From NCBI RefSeq assembly GCF_964355755.1, contig NC_092672.1, forward strand, positions 4,092,001-4,156,000: a stretch of 64,000 bases of DNA, given 5' to 3'. Source of the stretch: Antedon mediterranea (taxonomy: Eukaryota > Animalia > Echinodermata). Position numbers and translations under genes: made by a program. Each line of letters begins with the position of its first letter. Position 1 is the first letter of the stretch. Below the pieces are notes generated by a model. It did not search any database. It was not told where the DNA came from and worked only from the letters and a program-made list of their open reading frames with translations. Positions 40,524 to 64,000 of this stretch are shown piece after piece.

Positions 40524-42878
40524 ATGCCTCATGTGAAACCAGCTAAAAAAGTGCAACCACTTTGGAAGGAATGGGACTACAAAGCACAAAAAAAAGGAAT
40601 CCATCACACAGTTTATGATGTCAATGGAAATGAGTATACCGGAGAGTGGCTAGATAACAAAAAACATGGTATATAATATAATTGAAACGGATTACATCAT
40701 TTAATATAATCAGGAATAACCACATGACTTAAAAAGCCAAACATATATCAACTTACTGGACTTAAATTATCAACATAACCTCTGAATAAATCTTCTAACT
40801 CTCTTGCATGGATTCAGTCAGGAAATATTAGTGTTAGACCTGCTATCCAAGAAAATAAAAGCCTAAAATAAAAGGCAGATCTAACTTAAAAATCTATTAT
40901 TTTTAAAAGCTAGTAATTTTTTAAAATCTAACTTTTGTTTTAGGGAAGGGAACACAGAAATGGAAAAAGAACAATTCACTTTATGATGGTGACTGGAAAT
41001 TTGGACAAAGGAATGGTTTTGGTACACTGAGCAGTCCGGCAGAGGGAGGAGGAACATATAAAAGGATCTATTCTGGAGGGTGGAAGAACGATAAAAGACA
41101 TGTATGCATAAATTTATCACCAATATTAAACAACACAAGAACATTTTAACACTCTATTCTATATTTAGGCAAATTACCAAGGATAACCATAAGCGAATTC
41201 ATTCACTATCCTTCTTAAGGCCGCTGAAAATACATTACATGGTTCTCGTCAGCACTTAAATGCCATAGGCAGAGAGGTAGCTAGGCACGACGATCGATCA
41301 CGAAATGTACGAGAGCAGCAGACCAAAAAAACCGCGGTAGACCTCATTCTGATCCAAGGTATGGATATCGCGTGTGGATATGACAAACACACGCTCACTG
41401 CCGTCTGGACTCCTAGAATAGGTTTCAGAAGGAGTCACAAAATACGGATTGATGGCGGTTCGCGATGATTAATATACACACTTTATGCTGCGAAATCGTG
41501 CGATCACATACACAATGGTTTGAACGTTCACGATCGACGGGAGGTGAGTCGGATTTTCATGAAAATATAACAAAATTTGTACTTTTCCCATATTTACCCC
41601 TGTTTTTTCTTAACAAATACACAAAGATGAAAGATGAACTTTTGTGGTGCGGGGCCTAAAATCGCGAGCGGGCGCTGACGAGAACCATGTAATGTATTTC
41701 CATCGGCCTAAAGGTGACAATACCGTTCACAAGACAAACATATACAAAAGATGCTCTACATAAACAAAGTCTTATTACAAGTCTTTGGGAGTGGATTTGT
41801 AATTTGTCATTAGAATTAGATAAAATCCATATGACAGGACTTGAACCCTGGACCGTTGGATTGGTAGCCAAGCATCATAACCACCAAGCCACAACTCCAC
41901 TCCATTTGTATCTGATATTTTTACAATGATTTTGTAATACTATAAATTAAAAATAGATTAACATATGTATTTTTTATTGAAGGGTTATGGAACTAATTTT
42001 TATACAGCGGAGGAATACTATGAAGGTGAATGGTACTGCAATAAAAGAAGTGGCTGGGGACGAATGTACTACGCTGATGGTAGTATCTATGAAGGAGAGT
42101 GGTATGATGATAAACGAAGTGGACAGGGCATGCTCAGATTAGGTACATTTGAACCAATCAAAATGATTGAAATATCAATAACTAAATTAGTGTGTCTTGA
42201 AAGTTTAATAAATTGTGCCTTGTGTAAAACATTGACGTTCAATACTATATATATATAAACAAATCAGGCAAAGAACATTCTAAACCGCCCAGTGATATAC
42301 TGAAATTGTAATTAATTAATTTGTATATATATATATTCGATATCAGGGCTTAATTTGATTCCATTAATAGCTACCGAAAACAGATATGAAGGTTCGTGGA
42401 AGTTTGGCAAAAAGAACGGTCCTGGAAAGTTTTTCTACCTCGACAAGGGACAGATGTACGAGGGAGTGTGGGTGGACGACATCCCGAAATGTGGAGAAGT
42501 GACAGACTTTGGAAGGGAAGGGGCACCTGATCCAACTGTTTATCCAATTCCTGAGGTAAGTAATGGGAACCAGGAAGGCATGTAAATTTCTGCTCCAAGG
42601 AGTACTCTTTATGCATATCTTAAGCTCTGTCTAAACTATCAAACTGATTTGACAAAAAAAGTGTGATGTGCGTGAATATGGTAGTGATATGCCCAAATAT
42701 GGTAGTGATATGACATCATCATGTCCATATATGGGCACATCACATTTTTTTTGTCACATCAAGCTTTATGAAAAAACCATAATTACAAACCATAATTTCT
42801 TATTTTTAGATTAAATTAATGGATGCAAAAGCTGTACTCGGTGAAGCGGAGCAAATATTTCTAAATGACCAAGAATAA
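40524..42878 (+). CDS. MORN3: MORN repeat-containing protein 3 (~238 aa)
   Basis: Exons 40524-40668, 40944-41101, 41983-42142, 42371-42555, 42810-42878. Tandem YxGxW...xGxG MORN repeats; N-terminal LWKEWDYKAQKKG and C-terminal KCGEVTDFGREGAPDPTVYPIPE match human MORN3 as recalled. Confidence 0.95.
41219..41708. mobile_element. ~490-bp non-autonomous DNA transposon in MORN3 intron 2 (Harbinger-like)
   Basis: ~35-bp TIRs GGCCG(C/A)TG(A/G)AAATACATTACATGGTTCTCGTCAGC with TAA on both flanks. Confidence 0.8.
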
Positions 42879-43509
42879 TCAAGATATTATAAAACAATTG
42901 AATTTTCTCTAAGATGAACACAGATGTGGATATGGAACCTATTAATTGTACAAAAAAGGACTTATATCTTTTCATGACACTATGATCACATAGGCATTCA
43001 TAATATTATGTGCTATTATTTTGATCACGCATTATCAAGTTATTAAACTTAAAGAAAAACCATATATTTATAACACACTTGATCATATTTACCAACTCTT
43101 GGTTAGAGAATAGAACATTTTTGTATTTAATGTATATTTTGTATAATAAATGTGTAACAGGAAAAGAAAATACAGATGTTATGTGTTCATATGTTTAATT
43201 GAAAACCCGGAAAATCATGGAATTTTACTAAAATATTTGGCTTTCATTAAAAAGTCATGACAAGAGACAAAAAGATAAAGAACATTTATTTTTTTATTGG
43301 ACATCATTTAAAAATCTTAATCAAACTTCCAAGCAAGTCTAAAATTTGAATTTGACCATATTTAAAATATTTGATTTATTCATTAACACCCATTATATAC
43401 ACATTCAATCAATCATTTCTATCCATTCATCCCTATTGAGGGGACTCTATCCCTGTGAAAATATTAATTCAACACTAAAGCCAACCCCTATCGGAGGACA
43501 ATCTATTAA

Positions 43510-43839
43510 AGATATATTGTCCCTCTGAAAAAATAATTTAAACAAATTTTGTTGTTGAATATGCCATTTTAATGATATACATAATAGTTATTCACTTTGA
43601 CCACAAATTGGGTGGGAAACAAAATTATTTACCTGAAAAAAAAAAACTGTAATTTAAAGCAAAAATTAGTCAAATTGGCTGCCAGCCAATGGGTTTGTGG
43701 TTGAATTAAATCGTTTATTTTGTCATTTTATAAGTGAAAACTTTATTTTTCGGGGTTTTTTTTTGTTGTTAAAACTACAAAATGACCTATTCAAAGTCAG
43801 ATTTTATTGATCTTCATTTTTCTGGGAGACAATACATCT
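43510..43839. mobile_element. Kolobok-like MITE family C copy between the MORN3 and KDM2 3' ends
   Basis: TTAA|AGATATATTGTCCC...GGGAGACAATACATCT; shares the family core. Confidence 0.7.
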
Positions 43840-44648
43840 TTGAAGGGAAATGTGTTTGGTTCCAAAGGTGTGTCCCCCCCAATAGGGGATGCTCTACTGT
43901 ACTCATCTGTCCATTACTTCATGTATTTATAACTTATTATTTATTCATATATCTCTTTCCATACAGCCATCATCAATTTATCTCTCTACATAAATACTTT
44001 CACTAATTTATACACCTTTTCACATATTCCTCATCCATCAATTTGTTCACTTTATTTATTCTCTCATCTATCTATTTACCAACATTTCAATTCATTCCAT
44101 ATTAACACACTGGTATACACATAGATTAATCAATAATTTTACCATCAAATCCTCTCAAAATTTACAGAAAATAGTATAAATATAACATTTTAAAATAAAA
44201 TTACAGGTAAACAATGATTATGCAAATGAAACTTCAAACAAAACAAACTTTTAGTAAGAAACAAAAGGGTTTTAAACATAAACTAAAAAATAGTGTACAG
44301 TAAATGGTCACACAACATTGCAAATACATATATTCCTCTTTTGATAATGCAACAACGTAAAGTTTAAGAACAATTATAAATGTAAAATGGTGCAATATTT
44401 ACAGGATACAGTTTGATAAACTGCATTTGCATAACAAATTAAAATTTTAGGAAATGAGTCAATAAAATTTAATGTTCATTAATCACCAATGTCTAAATAG
44501 AGATAGTCAGGTCAAAGGTTAGTATGATTTGTTTTCGATGCCATGAATGAGATAAAGACTAGTGCTAAGAAAGAAAATCTTAAATTAGTATGAGACGATA
44601 AACAGTTAACATCTTCAGTAGTCTCTAATGGGGTTTCCTAAATCGATA

Positions 44649-60890
<16,242 letters not shown>

Positions 60891-63440
60891 ATCCGAAGGA
60901 TAGGCCCTACATGCACACAAGCATTTTATTACAATTCTAAACAATAAAATGTCGCAGCTAAAAGTACAGAGAACGAACCGTTTAAAAAAAAACTCAAATC
61001 GAAAAAAACAAACACACACGCACGACGTAAACAGACTATAGCCCGACGTATTATCGTATACAGTACATTACAAGGCCGGGATCACCACGTGACCACGTAG
61101 GATTGTTTAAAATTAATCTAGGCCTTATCGTAATAAATTATTTATCACAACACCTGAAGACGATATATACCTGAAAACATTTGCTTATAATAATTATATT
61201 ATAAATATTACGAATACCAAGCGACATTAAGACATTTTTCGGACATGTAGGCCTACTACTTCCGTAATGTCCTTTATACAATAGGCTTTACATTTAAATT
61301 ATACACTTTACTACACACACGTCGTCTATCGGCAGTTACCATTATTAAAATATGAATATAATTTAACAAAGAAACTAATATTCAAAATTATACTGTACAT
61401 ATTTTTTACATTTCAGAATTAATTATGCAAAACGTATTATATAACCTATCGTGTACGTGTAGGCCTATAATAATAAACGATATTTTATTGTCAGTATTTT
61501 AAGAAAAGCTATTCGATTTTCAAACAATCATAAATGTTGACTACAATTATTGATATAAAATAATTTGAAACAGTTAGACAATGCATTGGCAGTGTATATC
61601 TAATCTCGCAATCTTTGTTGAAAAAAGAAAAAAATAGTTAATAATTAGCCTATCAGTGTTTTTATTTATTTTAATTAAACTAGCACCTTGTTACAGCCGA
61701 ATCAATCTTTCTAAAAAACCAGAACATTATATACATATAGTTATTATTATATTAATAGGTGGCCTTGTTAGGATATGGAGAAAAACAAAAATTAAACAAA
61801 AAGCAAAATTGTCCACGATGTAATAAATAATATTAATATGTACGGTAGGCTACAGTAACTATGACGATTCAGTAGCAGTTGCTTAAACATGTTAAATAAT
61901 GCTAATCAAAATATAAAATAACAATAGAACTGAATAAATAATAATTTAAAATAACAAAATATATGACATGCAATTATAATTATTTGGTATATTATAAAAA
62001 ATACAAAATGTGATTTCTACAGAGTACAGTACAGCCTACAGATACAGGCCTTTGCCTTGTTTTTGTGGGATCACTAACAATTAAGTAGGTATAATTAAGT
62101 AGGTATAATTAAGCATAAAATAGTTCAAAACATAGATTATTAGATCTAAAAACACACAAAAACATTTTAAATCAAAATTATGCTGATAATTTTATTTGAT
62201 TAGGTGGTCTAAATAGTAAAATTAACCAACGGCAGTTTTACATAGTGAGCATATCACATGCACTTTGTTCACTCGTGGTAGCTAGATACAGAACCTAGAA
62301 ATTCGGTTCGGTTGTTAGGATTTATTCAAATTAAAGTTACCATATCACCTGGAATAGTTAGTTAAAGACATATATTTACTTAAAATGTAATATTAAATTA
62401 TAAAACAGTAATTGTGCGTAAGTTGGCGCAATTTTCAAATAGCCCTCATTGTGCACGATAGTTGAATCCACGAATTCACTTCACTTGTGATGAAAACATC
62501 ACGCATTTTTTAGATTTTTTCTGTTTTCGTTTTACTTTGATTAATTACAAATGAGGCAGTTAAGTCATAATAAAATTGTTTTTGCTTTCTATTAAACTTT
62601 TAAGATAAAAATGTCATTTTATGAAAAAGTCAAGGAGAATTTTAGTTGTAAATTGTGAAGCGCCGCCGAAACGTTTGAGTTGAATAGGCACAACAATGCA
62701 AAAATGGCTAGTTATTCATGAGGACTCCCATATTCACACAACCGAAATCGTTGTTTTTACATTGAAAAATGACTATTACAAACCAATGAACGTCTTGTGT
62801 TTGACTCGTTAGACATGTCTGAGTATAGGCCCATACAAATTGCAATCAAAAACAAGTCAGGAAGAAATCTAAAGTTAAAATTTCAAACGCCATTAATCCA
62901 GAATAGTCACGTCTATTTTACTGTACTCGAGCAACTTCATTATGCCACAAAACTACTCATTAGCATATCAGGTCATATCAAGGTCACGACAAAATCCCAG
63001 CCTTTGTCAAAAATATGCTGTAACAAAAGATTAATTATTGATATGACTACCGTTAGAAATTTATTAAATAGACAAATATAATATATTTAATATCCAAAAT
63101 TTATTTTACAAAATATTTGATTAATATTATTTAGAAATGTATTTTTGAAACTTACAGTAAAAGGTCATTAAATCCTAAATTCTTCCGTAAACATTTGGTA
63201 CACACACCGCCAGTGTTTTGTGTGGACCGTTTTGTGTACGTGCAATCAAGGAAACATATTAATATTATGTTGAAATTGTTTATTTTGTACAATATGTTTA
63301 ATTTAATGTGTAATTCTTTATATCATTAGTTAGGTAATCGTTCATCAAAATAGTACCACTTGAGTTGCTTTATTCTATATATAGAAATCCTGGCGAAAGT
63401 TAGTTATTCAGATTGGATGTTCAAGCTATATGTTGAAGAA

Positions 63441-63551
63441 ATGTCGAACCAGCACTCGGAGCAGGCTCTCTCATGGAGAAAATTATACCTCAGCCGGGCT
63501 AAACTAAAAGCTTCTAGTAGAACATCAGCTCTTCTAGCTGGCTTCGCCATG
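63441..63551 (+). CDS. ORAI: ORAI (CRAC channel pore subunit), N-terminal coding exon; gene continues off the right edge
   Basis: [37 protein letters not shown] followed by a GTATGT donor is near-identical to the ORAI ETON/TM1 region. An in-frame ATG at 63417 is an alternative start. Confidence 0.93.
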
Positions 63552-64000
63552 GTATGTTTTTGAAAATAAAACATATACTACTAACAGTTTAATTGTATTA
63601 TATTTAAACAATTAATAAATAAACAATTTTTACTAGATTTGATTTTATTTGGTTTCAACATAAGATTACAAGACAATCTGAATACAAACATTTTACAAGT
63701 ACTGTAAATACATAAATAAGAAACCAAGGATAGCCAAGCCCATAAAGAAAAATCAACTTGATTCCAATGGGGTCCTTTAAAAACAGCAAAGACAATCACA
63801 ACTAACAGCATAAACATACAAATCAAACGCGCATGACAATAATATATTTTAATGGCAGATGATATACAGTTTAAAAATATGAGACAATCGTCAATAGCCA
63901 GTGGATGACCTACTGTACAGCATGAACCTAGATTGGAATATAGTATTTGTTATAATGGCATAAGACCTGGCATAAGTGCTTTTTAACAGCATGTTTAAAA

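Overview
AT-rich, intron-rich animal genomic DNA from a non-vertebrate bilaterian, probably an invertebrate deuterostome (inferred from protein similarity, gene order and repeats; not proven). I reconstructed seven spliced protein-coding genes by hand from splice sites and frame continuity: RSKR/SGK494-like kinase (-, runs off the left edge), TMX2 (+), a C22orf15/CXorf65-family gene that the ORF track misses (+), SLC8B1/NCLX (-), MORN3 (+), KDM2 (-) and the first coding exon of ORAI (+). SLC8B1 has two U12-type (minor spliceosome) introns and one GC-AG intron. The KDM2-ORAI-MORN3 grouping matches human 12q24.31. Introns and spacers are full of non-autonomous DNA transposons (Harbinger-, Kolobok-, Tc1/mariner- and hAT-like), L2-type LINE 3' ends, tRNA-derived SINEs, one 5S rRNA-headed SINE and several minisatellites. 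Protein identifications rest on remembered human sequences; no database search was run. I found no prokaryotic-type system (CRISPR, operon, prophage).
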